From contig NW_024704742.1 in NCBI RefSeq assembly GCF_018977255.1, forward strand, positions 56,732,001 through 56,796,000: DNA of 64,000 nt, given 5' to 3'. Of this stretch, positions 13,336 to 27,100 are shown piece by piece (position 1 is the first letter of the stretch; each line of letters begins with the position of its first letter). The translations under genes and the position numbers were made by a program. Source of the DNA: Callorhinchus milii. Taxonomy: Eukaryota. Below the pieces are notes generated by a model, which was given only the letters and a program-made list of their open reading frames with translations, was not told the DNA's origin and did not search any database.

Positions 13336-15097
13336 GTTTGTAAACACTGCAGAGTATATAGACATTTTGAATAAAGAAACTGCATCATGAGAAGTTAATG
13401 CATCAAACAATGTATTAATATGTCATGTAATGTTTTTTAAAAGTAATTTTAAAATTAATGCTCTGAGGCAAAAAACTCAGCCTGTGTTGCTTTTTAGTTG
13501 ATTATATACTAATCTGTGAATGTTCACATTTCCTTTATTAATTGACAGAATGGAATAAATTCATAGTAGGTGTTTCATAGAAACATTGGAAAATGGGAAC
13601 ATGAGGAGGCTATTCAGTTTATAAAATCTTTTACTCCCAATGCACCTCCAATACCCTTAGTACCGCCACTACCCAAGTATCTCTCTTTTAAACATTCCTA
13701 TTGATTCTCTCTCCACAGCTTTCTGGGGCACATCATTCCACATCTTCACATACAGTGAAGAAATGTTTCCTGAAATGAGGACTGCCTTGGTTCTGATTTT
13801 ATGGCTCTGTCCTCTTGTAATGGATTCCTCTTAGCAAAGGGAAGAGTTATCCACTACCTAACCAGAGAATGAATTCAAGTTGCCTCATGTTTGCATGTGT
13901 TTGTTTGCTTTGTAGGCAGATTGATGGCAAAAACCAAGAAGTAATATGGATGATTGCAGAGGCGAAGATAGATTAATAAAAGATGGGTCTGTTTTCACTG
14001 GAGCAGAGATTAAGAGGAGAACTGATAGAAGTATGCAAAATTCTGAGAGGCTAAATAGTGAAAGATTAGTTCCCCTACTTGCTAAATTGGTAACCAGGGC
14101 ACAAGCTCAAAATTGCCACTGGAAGAATTCAGAGTTAAGCCATTAAAACAGGAATGTCACAGTTTTGAATTACTGTAGTCAGTTGGCTTTTCAGTTGAGG
14201 TCCTACAGTTGGGCTGAGTGGACTAGGTTTGGGGGTGGGGGGGGCAAATCTGCCAGCTTTGGACAGAATTAAGCTGAGCTATGAGGCTACCCACAGTTTA
14301 ACACTGGCCACCTTTGCTACCCAAGCAGTCATATATGAATAATAGCTATTTGGGGAGTTACTGGAGGATGATAGGAACTCTTAGAACTATATCCCAGTAC
14401 TAGGAAAATATCATAGCTGCTACCATGATTAAATATCTGTATCATCTCCTTAGTAGGTTTAAGGATTTGCAGAACATTTAAAATATATTATTTTCAAGTA
14501 GATTTTAGTCTGATTCATTGTAATATGTTTAAGCGAAAGTTAATCCTCCAAGAAATTTGTACAATCATTTTTGGTCACAATTCAAGAATCTAGACATTCT
14601 TGATTACATACTGATATTTTGGGCTGTGATCGCTTGAAAACTGCTTGCTATCTGCTCCCAAAACCACAAATTTCTCTTGAAATTAGATCACTGATAACAA
14701 ATGTAAGAGAGATTGTCAAAAAATTGCATCCATTTAAGACTACAGTATTAAAAATAAAGTAAAATACAGTACTGAAATTTCGAATATGATTTTACATTCC
14801 TTTGTAATGGATTTATAACAGTTATGTTGGGTACTGGTGTGTGTGTTTATTTTGAATGATTATACAGCAGCAATAATAGGAGATTAATGCTATTGCAATT
14901 AAATAGTATGAATTCCAATCTTTTTTGATAAACAAGGTTGGAATCCCATATCTCAATGAGGAGGGTTTTCAGAATGAATGATCTGTCGGTTTGCTGCTCT
15001 AAATCACCAAAGATTCTTGTATTGTTTTACATTGCCATGTTTGGTTGAGCTTTGCTCTGGATTGCAGTAAAACAGCTGTACTCTATTTATTTTTCAG

Positions 15098-15158
15098 GGT
15101 AAACTGAAACTTTCCAGTATAACGCCTTAAGTGAGTCTCCTTGTCACAATGAATACAG
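15098..15158 (+). CDS. SORBS2: SORBS2 start-codon exon (5'UTR 15098-15148; ATG AAT ACA G = MNT at 15149-15158)
   Basis: Acceptor tatttttcag|15098 and donor G|gtatgt at 15159. MNT matches the N-terminus of vertebrate SORBS2 isoforms as recalled, and phase 1 fits the next exons. Confidence 0.8.
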
Positions 15159-18100
15159 GTATGTTAAATTCTCTCCCTGATTAGGCTAAGCATGTTGTTT
15201 GCATTAATCTATCCTTAGTTAGGACTGCTGTATGAGCTGAAGGAAATTCAGTGTAAAGATGGAAGTCAAACACCATTTACTTTAAAAAGGAAGAAAAGGT
15301 AAGAAATCTTGTATTTATAATCTGACTGTGCATGTATGCTAGATACACAAAAAACTGTTGTACTCAAAACATAAATGTATGCAGTAATGAGAAATGCCCT
15401 TTTTAACCCGTAAATTGTAAATTGCAGAAAGCTACTTTTAATGTTGTTATTCTTTTAGCCCAAGTATTAGAGTTCTGGGAAGATTTCAAAATTAATCCTG
15501 GTCATAGAATCTAGAAACAAAATTTTAATCTAAATAAAAAATTCCCTCCATTAAACTCATTTTTATAATCTTTAGTTTATTTCTCTCTTTTTCTCCTTCC
15601 CACCCACCACAACTTACATCAACGACAGTAAAGCACTATTGCCTCTTAGACCTGCTGTTACACTTTTACATTGGTAGGTAACTGACAAACAGCAGGAATA
15701 GATGGACCCATTTATTCCCTTTTCTTTCAGCACAAGTTGTGTTCCTTGATCATATATGGTTAAAAGCCCCACTTACCCCACGTCACATCTTGTGGTTTAG
15801 GTGAAGCATGTTTGTTACAGGCGCAAGAATTGGGAATTCTGTTAAATTTTGTTGCAGGTGTGAGAATTGGAAATTGTTACTGATAATATTTTTTAAAAAA
15901 GCATAGGGAATTTAGAAAAGTGAAATCTACCCTGTTTGATTTTTAACACCTTAAACTGATATGAATGGTCAAAATTAACCTTTTAAAGCAAATTATAGTA
16001 GCATTTTTGGGGGGACCTAATATTTTAGGAAATATACCAAAACACTTTTTTTTAATGATCTTCAAACCTTCTCACTCTTCCCCAAGTTACATTATTATGA
16101 GTTTAGACTTGAGGTCCTATCAGATGTGGTGATAAACTGTCATTATTTTTATTGTAATGGTTTCAGCAAAATTGCTTGTGACTCACTACACATGTGAAGG
16201 TATCAGCTGGACGAGCTCTGTTATTATAACAGGACTTTTCTAATATTAAAAACTGTAATTAAATGCTTTGAACAGGATTTTGCCCTGCTTGCATATAGGA
16301 TGAAGTTATTTATTTTTAAAGGCTTTTTTTAATGATCCGGCAACTCACTGTAAATCAACAACAACACAAATTGCATTTAGATAGCAACTTCCACGTCGGG
16401 AGGGCGTCCCAAGGCACAATTGAAGGAAATTGTACACGGTTGCCACAGCACAGCTTAAATAGCTTTGCACTTCTATATTAGCACTGATATTGCAACCCTA
16501 ATAGGATCATATTATGCTGATTATAATTGGCTTGGTAAATGCTTTGCCACAAATTGGTGATTGAAGCTGAGACCTCACTCTTTCCCAGGTTATATTATTA
16601 TGAATCTAGACTTGTCGTCCCATCAGATGTGGTGATTAACTGTGATAATTTTTATTGTAAAGATTTCAGCAAATTGCTTGTGATTCACTGCACATCATTT
16701 AAAAGATGATTGGATCAACATTTCAGGAGGAAGAATAAAAAAGAGCAAGAAATTGTGGTGTGAGCTGCAAGTTTCAGTGGATGAAATAGCAACAGATTAG
16801 TTTTGGTTCTTCCCCAATTTCTATCGTCTTATTTCATGGTGTGAAAACACCATAGAAATTTTTTTGTAATGTTGACAACATATTTTTGTTGGGTCCATTA
16901 TGTTATTCCATTAATTCAGAATCACTGACTTGGACTAAGCACTATTGTAAAAATAATTTCACTCCATGTAATTTTGGAGGGGTTAGTCGGGTGTCTGCTA
17001 CATTTGGAAAACCATCGCCAGGCTTAAGAGATTTCAAACTAGACAGACTGCAAGTTTCCCATTGGTCTGGAATGGAGAGCTGAACCCTAATTCCAGAGCA
17101 TATTAAGCATAGGTTGGCAGTAGCCAAAGGTTGGGGAGTCCAGAATATATTGGGGTACTGCTGGAGTTGAACTAGCATGCATGCCTGCATATCTAGCTGG
17201 CATGCAGACTGCCTAGCAAGCTTCCTGGTGCTTGTCCATTTGGGAGCCTTCTACATGTTAAATCTTTGGCTTGCAAAGTTAACTGTGGTTGAGTCAGAAG
17301 AATCACTGGTGACAAGTCTGCCCCTACACATCCCGCTGACAGGCCAGGCTGCCTTGTCTGTCATCAACAAGTCTTAGAGTGCCAATGCCATTGTATGCAA
17401 ATGTATAAACCAGTGGTGATTACCATAGTTCATCACTGTTCATGAATTTACCACTGATCAGGGAATCATCTGTTTAGCATTTTTATTTACAACAAGAAAC
17501 CACAAAATATTGATGAAATTTCTAGTGGTGTAATGGTGAATAAAATTAATATTAACAGCTCTGATGAGAATTTGGAAATGGTTCTGTTGAAGAGATTTAA
17601 AGGCCAGTAGATTTCCTTGTAAATGTGTTACTTGGACAAACATTGAGTGCAAGCATTTTTTCCCCAGAAGTTACATTTCTTGTTTCTAAAATTGTTAGCC
17701 AAGGATTAATAAAATGTCCCAGCCAACTGCAGGGCATGATGGGAACCAAAGTTAAGTGATTTATCCAGATATCAAATATTAAGATGGGTGCAATTGGAGG
17801 TAGCTGAAATAATGCACCAAAAAAGGTACTTAATATAACCACATTATCAGGTAATGGATCTATTATGATTTCAAAAGCAACAGGTAAACAATAGAATTTA
17901 ATTTTAGATGCAGGTTACCTACACACTGGTAGAGCAAAATCTGTTATAAAAAGATCCCCTCCTGATGGGCAGATCAAATGATTTTTCAGAGCACATTTGG
18001 AAAAATTATGATCCGGTCAAATTTATATGCTGTTCTTGTGTATGTTCAGGTTAGAAATTTCAGGCTAAAATACTCCTCGGTGGTACCTCCCACCTTAATC

Positions 18101-21100
18101 ATTGTTTCATCAGGTATAATAGAGCCAAATTATCACACATTTACATTAGTCACTTTGCTTTTATAATGGTTCTGCATAATTTGGAGAAGCTGAAACCTCT
18201 TGAATTTCAATTGCCTAGAAAATGCTTTTATTTCAGATCTGTTGAGGTGAGTGGACACCGCCTACATACTTGTGGGAGGAAATGTACTCCCAAATGAATG
18301 TTGCAGTGAGATTTTCGCAAAGTGTATTTGGTGAACGAAATGTTTTTGAAAAGTTTGTAAAAGTATTGAGAAAATGTATGGAAGTTTTTAACCGATTGGA
18401 AGACTGCCATCACTCCTGCTTTTTTTCCCCCTTCATTCTTGCTTTTGCCCACGCCTGCACCTCCCACGCTCCACCAATGGGTTTCTGAGCTGCTCTGCAA
18501 TTTCCATGATAATTGTCTGGAAGGCAGTGATTGCCCTTGGACAGCTTACAAAACAGCCCATCTAGAAACTACCAGTCTGATTAATTGTTCTTGTCAAAAT
18601 ACTTTCCAAATATTAGCATATTATTCAGTTCATAAACTGCTTTTTCTTTTGTCATTTATCTTGTTTGTTTTCCTCCTTGTTTTTCTTCCTTTTATTTGGT
18701 CTCCTTGCATTGCACATCACCTGCAGCTCAAATGATCAGAAGGCTACTTAACCCTAGGCTATGTTTTTTCCCTCTCAGCAACACCCATGATGCCAGCCCT
18801 CACTGCCACTGCCATGAGCTGCTGGCACAGATGGCATGACCGTTCTTGCACCAAAGGAACTCTGTGCCTTTACCCTGTGCTGCTGTCATATGTGGTGTTG
18901 ACAGAGAAGTGGGATGTCTTCAGATCACATGTGCAATGACTTCCCACTTTGAAAGACCTTATCATTGTTTGTGATATCACTGGTTCAGGGCATGTATGGT
19001 ACTAAATACAAATTTTGAAAAAAAGAAAGTGGAGGCAGCACAAAGGGTGACATGTAAATGTCAGCACCAGTGTATGAACGTTGCCTCCACTTGAGCATCA
19101 TTCTTATTGTCTCAGGAGAGATCACATAATTCAATAAGAGTAAGAGCAACTTAGAATATCGGATGGGTGTTCCCTCACACCCAGAGCTCTAACCCATAAC
19201 ACCATAGCTGAGCTCAGCCTGACAGTGAGCTTGAGCAGGAGCCTCCATCCTTGAGTTTGTACTGCACATCTCCTACCACTGGTCTCACAAAATGCCTAAA
19301 GTTGTGACAGGGTTTTCAAAAACGTCTGCTTGCCTCAGATTTGTATCTCTAATGATTTGACTGCACGTTTTTCTGATCAGTAACTGCATTTCCTGCATGT
19401 TGATAACGTTTGAGTTTTGAATGCCATGTAATATTGCTGCTGCACCTGCGTGTTCTGCCTGACGTGTATGCTCTGCATCTGTGTGGTTCTGTGTTTTCAG
19501 ATAGTGGTGGCTATGCTCGCAAACGTGCCGCTACATCTGTTAAATTAGCCTCTGTGAAGAGAGTACAGAGTTCTCCAAACTTGCTGCTGGCTGAAGGTAT
19601 TAACACTAACACTAGCATGTGTAACACAGGAGCGAGCACTGGAATTGTCCTGCTCAATTTGATTGCATATTTTGATAATTTATCAAAAGTTAACATGTTT
19701 TGCTCTTTAAGAATCCAGGTGAATTTATTCCAGGATGCGAATTATTCTTTTATCATATATGTTTACTTTCTTTTAAGGAGGGAATAAAACAAATAATATA
19801 TTTGCAAATTTTTAAATCGGTTAGTCAATCTCCAGTGAAGAACCATTGATGAGTGATTGATTTATATTGCTCTGATCCTTAGGGGGGGTGGAAGTCGCTC
19901 ATGTTAGGGATTAATGTGTGCAGTAAACAAAGGCTGAATGTTGGGTGTTTATGTTATAATTTTCCCATAAGGAGCAGGCTTGCAGCATTGTGAGGGTACA
20001 TTGAGAAGAGTTGTATCACTGGTGTTAGTGAATTAAACAGTGGGAATAGTTGAAGTATCCTTAAGGCAAAGTAAAAATGCAAAAAGTGACTTGCATAATT
20101 GCTGCTGTTGATTTCCAGCTTTAACATTTGATAGGAATTCTAAAGATGAGCTATTTTCAACTTCGGTCCCAATACAATTTTCCTTTCCACATAATGTCAT
20201 TACATAAGCTGTTAGATAGAGATGCCTAAGGTTTCTTTATTGGTGGTGTGGGTGTGTAGTATGTGGATGTCCTTGACTCTGAGTCAATCATTTTCTAGTC
20301 AGATTTCACTGGATGCTCTGGTGATTATTGATAACCAACATTTAATGTGTTCAGCCTGGGTATGATAACATTATTGGCTATATTGCAGTGGAGGAGGAGA
20401 AGAAGGTGGCCTGGGATATTTCCATAGGTATTTCATTAATTCAGCCTCTACCTGCCAGGTCTCAGATGGTATTTAAAACATCTGTCAACGCATACACAGT
20501 TACTGCACTTAACAAACAGCAAGTTTGACTGTGGAAGTTGTAAATTCTGGAAATTGAATTCAAAAGAATAATTGCCAATTGCGGAATTCACTGGATCAAC
20601 TGGACAGAGCCTCTGGCAGAGGTCAGACTGCTGCATTATACCTCTTGGTTCTTGGCATGCCAGTGCGTCACCTTCAGCAAATCACTTTACGATCAAACCA
20701 TTCATTGTAATTACTAAATTCCTCATGTTGAAAAGTCTCAAAAGTGCTTTCACTTTGGAGTTGATCCGCTGGGTTATCTTTGTTCTTTGAAGGGAGCAGA
20801 TGGTAGTATTACCAGTACAATACACACAAGTCATTGAGGTACCATATTGCATTGCCCTGTTGCAACTGCAACATTTAGGTGCACTGTGATGTGTCCTTGT
20901 GTTCAGGCCACATAGTGCAATTTAGCCTCACTCAGGTGTTAACACTTTAGTTTTACACTCCTGTGCAGTGTTAAGGAAGTACAAAGCATTTCTCTGTCAG
21001 TTTGTTTGAAGGAAGATTCCTACCAATTGTTCAGCAGAATTATGAGAAATACATAACTATTTGCCAAGTCAAAATATGGTGGTAATCAGAATTTTTTGGA

Positions 21101-24100
21101 CTGATTTTAAATTTATACAAAAAAGTGATGTGACCTAGCTCGTTTAATCACTTAAGTTGGAACTGAATCAGATTCAAACACTTTGGATAAAATATTTTAC
21201 TTTGTACAGCATGGTTGTCATGCAAGGGATAACTGGAATTCAAGTATTCAGCACATTGAGAAATGAAAAGACCAATAATTGGGCAAGGTTTATGCTTAGA
21301 TCACAATTATGATTTTGTGCATTTTTGCTGGGTCGGGAATTCAGTCTAACCTTGCAATTATGCTTATGTCAGCCTGTGTTTTTCAAAACGTCATAGTAAA
21401 ATACTGTAGTTTATTGCAATAGATGTTAAATGTAGATTTTATCCCTGCAAAGCATCACCAATGCAATTACATCAAAATTATCACTTTGGAAATGACCTAG
21501 TTGAGGTCATACATGATGAATTATCTTTTGCAGTATTTAACAAATATGCCATTGTCATCAATGCCAAATGTTATAATTTCTGCAAGTTACAACTAAAAGT
21601 AACCCTGGCTGTGCTTTACTCTAATTGATCAGGAATACCTCAGATCTCAAACCTCAATTAAGGAGTCTGAATGCAGTCGTTTTCTGAGAACCAATTGTAC
21701 ATCATACAGATTTATTGCAACTCTGCCCTGAAAGTAGATTGCAAAAGAAAACCCATTCAAAATCGTTGTATTTTATATCCCAATAATAAATGAACATCTA
21801 GGTTTTTTTTCTTATAGTTTGAAACTTCAACTGATGCCATTTAGGGAATTACATCTAACATCAAGATTTTAGATGAAAATATTTAAGTTCACATAAATGA
21901 AACTGGAGAAGTGCAGTGACCTAGAATGAAATAACTGCACCTCACACATTTTCCACACTATTTACTCTCTGTTGGTTATACCTCAGGGTACCCAAACTCA
22001 ATTAAGCTGCATCAAACAACGTGTGCGGCTTTCGGAGCTGAACTGTGTAAATTTCTGCAATTCTGCAAGTGTCAAAGCATGAAAGTCATTTCAGATTGGG
22101 GTGAAGGATAACCTTCAGATTTTTTAATACTGCTGGAGTTTAACCAGCTAAATCTATTTAGCTTGCCATTGCAAGCTTTGCCTGGCAAGCATCCTGCTGC
22201 TTGTCTAACTGAACTTCAACTTACTCTTTCCCTCACAGCTTTCAAAACCATCTGAAAGCACATCTTTTAGATATTCTTCTCATGTGTGAGTGCTATATAG
22301 CTGCAAATTATTGTTGCAAAACACTATCTAGCGCTCCTCAGCCTGACAATGGATATCTGCTGTACTTCGATCTCCTCAATTAATATCTAAATCTCTAATT
22401 TAAATTATTGCTTTGTGATTAGTTACAATTAATCTTTATGGGTGTGTATATACAGTACTGGATATTAAATTGCCTGATAATAAGCTACAGATTGTTTCTT
22501 CATAAATTTATGAGTTATGTTTCTTGCCTGATTCAATGGGGAGAGGGCTTCATTTGAGATAATGAGCAAAGGAGAGATTTTTCTCACATTGCGAGTTATT
22601 GCTCTGCTGAGTGTAGTTGTCGAAGCAAAATGTATATTCTCTTTGAAAAGGGAAATGGATATCTAAAAATGAGTAAATTGGAAGAATATGGAGAAAAGAC
22701 ATGTAATTTGGGCTGTTCTAAGTTCCTGTGTTTCTATATATTGGTGTGTCAAAGATGTGGAGTCAAGAACTGCCTGCATTGATATGCTGACAAGTACTAT
22801 GTTGACAACCAAATGTATAAAACAGAATAAAACTAATTAAAATTAAGTCTTTTTAGGGCTGCAATCTAATACAATGATTCAGATCATAACTATAAATTAC
22901 TACTTTTACTATCACAGTTCATGAAGTTATCTGAATGGTTTCATTAGTTTATTGATTTATATTCCACGCAGGTAAATCACTCCCCATCTACTGCCAAAGA
23001 ATAAATCTGCTTCTAATGTAAAGTGAAAACAATTACTGATCTTGCTGTGTGACTCAATGTATCTTGAGGTATTGAGTTGCATTGTTGGAAATACTATTTG
23101 CTCCACATCATGAGAGACTTTCACATTCAGTGAAAATATATGACCTCCATGTCAAACAAATCATCCACCATTTCAGTGAGAAACAACATTTCAAAACTTC
23201 ACAATGTGGCATATATTATTAACAGATGGTGACCCGGTGGTGATCTGGCGCACTGGCACATAGGGGCGTAACATGTTTGTGTTCACAATTAACCACATGG
23301 TGAGTTCTTAATTTAGCTGGGCCACGAGAAGACAACACCAAGTAAAACTTGGACACCTCCCCACCTCCCCCACACCGGGAAAGGAGAGACGGAGGCAAAA
23401 TTGTGTCCATCAATGCTGGCCTCGCAGGAGCGTTCAGACAAAGAAGACCTTTTGATCCATTTGATCTCATCTTCCTATTACAGTATTGAGGTGTTTTGTA
23501 AAACAGAACCCTGACCTCAACCATCGCTCTTGGTAACCTGTTCCAGCTGCTGATTACTCTCTGTAAAAAAAAAAGTTCTAAAATTATCTTTCACAACCTG
23601 GATTTCATCTTGCTGAAAACCCTGTTCTGATTTTGTGTATCTTTACAAGATTGCTTCTGACCCATCTCTCATCAAAGCAGAAGAACCCTAGTTTATTTAG
23701 GTATTCCTTGTAGGGTATCCCTCTAACAGAGAATCCTACAGTACAGAAAGAACATTTGGGCCATCATGCCTGTGCTAGAAAGAGCTAATGAATTAGTTCC
23801 ACTACCCCACTCTTTCCCCATAGAGTTGCAATTTTTTTCTTTTCAAGTAAATATCCAATTCCCTTTTTAAAATTAGTATTGAATCTGCTTCTATCACCCT
23901 TTCAGACAGTGCATTCCAGATCGAAACAACTCTCTGTGTAAAATAAATTCTCCTCATCTCCCCTCTGGGATCTGCCCATTATTTTGAATCTGTGTCTTCT
24001 GGTTACTGACCCAACGGCCAGTGGACACAGTTTCTTCTTATTCTATCAAAACCTTACATAACATTGAGGATGCATCTTGTTCCTTTCCTCTGCACTGCCT

Positions 24101-27100
24101 CAAGAGCCCTCACACACTTGTTTATTGGTACCTCATACTTTGAGCTTTTGCTGCAAATAGCCAACCCAAGAGCAGAAACCTCTCAGCCCTGGCACCACGT
24201 CAGCTGTCCATTAAATGATTTCAAGATCCAAGGAGATCCATAAGAAAGTGAAAAATAAATATTACCAAACTGGTAACTTACTTTTAAGACAGGAATACAA
24301 TACTGTGCTTCAAATGCTGATGTCCTTTTATTCGTCAAGTATTTTCCTTTCACAGATCATGGGACTCTACCCTTCCAATTAACCTCCAGATAGAGAGGTC
24401 TAAAGAACTGTTGCTTAACCCTTAAAGGCAATCTACCAAAACTCCAGAATATTTATTCATCTTCCCTGTTTAACCCAGCCATTGTCTGTTACAGACAACA
24501 TTCCCATCAACACATGCCAAGAATGCAGCTTGAAGCATTGTGTCCCTTGCAGTATTTGCGCTCAATCAGCATCCCTGTGATTTCCAATTGCTTTTGAAAC
24601 CAGAAATTAATTATGCTTATTTTGAATAGGTTATTTAAGTCATAAATGTCTAGTTTTAAAACATCTTCAAGTAACAGAGGTTTCTTCTAATCTTACTTGT
24701 TTAATTGTTGCAGTAGTTTGGAGCCTTGTTAATTTAAATAATTATCCTTTGTTTTGGTACTCACTGTCTAAATCCAACAACAACAAGAATCCAGTAGTCT
24801 ACTTGCATTATCTAAGCTTTCAGCATCTCAGAAGTGCAGACAACATTTCAAATGTGTCCTCAACAGTAATTTTATGCAACTTTAATACATTTATATTGTC
24901 TCCTCATCAAATGCATTTGAGAGAGATAAATCCGGGTATTTGAATAGACTTGTTGATGGCAGCTTCATACTGATTGCAAATTTTCAGTGAATAATAAAAA
25001 TCCTATCCAAACCTTTTTCCTTTATTACATCTTTGATGATTAACACTCATTCATCATGTAAACTGTTGCTCTTTCTTCTTCGAATTTTCAGCACCTTCCA
25101 GGGATGTTGAAATCAATGTGTTCTTCAGTTTTGACCCTTTTAATATCTTGATGTACAAATGTGCCAAAATCCATCAGGGCTATAGAGCTAGGAAGTTCAG
25201 TGTTTTAATGCCAGCTCTTGATAGATGATGTAGTTGTACTAGTGATGTAATTATGAATTGTTCAATATAAATAAATATTCTATCAGTTGATGGTTTCCAT
25301 TAAAGCTCTGCATTGACGCATAAACTGCTATGGGAATGATTTGTGATCACTCTCTGAGCATATTTAGTAAATTATTAACCAAAACAATAACGTAGCAACT
25401 CACTATTTTTGCAGTCATGGGTGGGTGGGGGGATGGTAGTTATACATGAATTAGAACAAACTGCTCCAAATAAGTCATTATACAGTATAATGTACATGGA
25501 ATAACATTTTCTTAATTTTGTGACACAACATGAATTATAACATTTTAAGCTGCATGGTTAATTGTTTCAATTAAAAGTACAAAACACAGTTTTTTTGGTA
25601 TGTCTTATAAGGCATTGAAAATTTGACGTGTGAACGTTCCTTATCCTGCATTTAAGTATTTGGAGCAAGTGTGCAACAATGTTCAGATGTAGAAGCAAAT
25701 CCAGGATGTGCTAAGCAAATGCCCCCAGCAAATCAAGTTATTTTTCCCAACTTTATGATTCACTAACATCTCAATCAAAGTCCCATCCAAATGTTAAGCA
25801 AGTTTCATGCCAAATTTTCAAGTGGCCTAATTGTTACAATAACCATTAGACCATATCTTCAACTTGCTAAAGGTTGCGTTTGAATGCATTTATTTGGTTT
25901 TCTGAGTCATCTAATTTGATTTGCAGTATTTTATAGGGTCATGACAGTACCACTAAAAGGTTCAATTCACTTCAGTTTCAGTACATTTTAATTGTTTGTT
26001 GATTACTGCACTGGGTGGAAAAGAACATTTACCAACTGATACGTCTTTCTTTCTTAACAAAAATTAGCTAAGCAATATTGAAAATGACTAGACAGTAAAC
26101 CAATACAGAACCTTAGAAGCAGGCTTTCATATGATCATTGAATTAATTTCATGGTCCAATATAAAATCTGTCACCTCTCATTTGATTGTGTTGATGTGTG
26201 CCTCATGGTGCACTTTTCATTTCAGTGTTTAGGCAACTAAAAACTAACTGTACATTTTGACGTTGAAGGATAACTATAAAAAAGATTTTTTTTACAGTTC
26301 TATTAATAACGTGGTAGTTACATGGGTATGGTTAATTTTCAAGTGATCCTGTTACATTTGGGAAGATGGTAAGGCAACAACATTCTTATAAATTTTGTAT
26401 AATATATATAGAATAAGGATTATTATTATTTATTATTTTATGTGAAATCTATTGTGTAGACTGTACCTCTCTGCATGAATAGATGCTCATTGTGTCATTT
26501 TCTTTTCTTTAAGGTTATGAAGCACAGGCACCAGATTCAGGTAAAGATAGTTACTTGCTTGGAAAAGCCAGCCAAATATTATAATGATGTCCTGTGGGAT
26601 CTCTTTCACTTCTTTGCTCATTTTATTTTACAAAAGGGGCAGTGATCAGCAAGAAGTTCCAATTAAAAATTCCAGTGGGTATCAGTCTGTAGATTTCCTT
26701 TCTACGGTCGTCCATAGCTACAGACTTTAAACACTCATGAACTCAATGCTGCTCAACTCAAATAAATCCATCTTGGTCCTTTAGATTTTTTTTGGTCAGC
26801 TGTGTGCCTGACACATGTGGAAAGCCTATCACCATAATTAAATTATCCAGATCATGTTCCATATATGTAACTTCACATGGAACATCCGATGCTTAGGTCC
26901 TTTGGGTATTTTACACCACCAAGAGGTTTAATTGGATCTCCAATTTGCTCAATGTTCTGGATGTAATGCCGTTGCTGGCAGGCTTGTGTTCTGTAACTGT
27001 GGCATGTTATGAACATAATTCTAGTTAATGAATGACACAATGTCAATTACTTCAAAAAGTTAGAACTGTGATACCACTCCAGCCAGAATTTATTGAGGGG

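Noticed and set aside
2490..13945. Possible 5'UTR exon acceptors (2523, 3439, ~13915)
   Set aside because: Pyrimidine tract plus AG is present, but no matching donor or homology supports an exon without transcript data.
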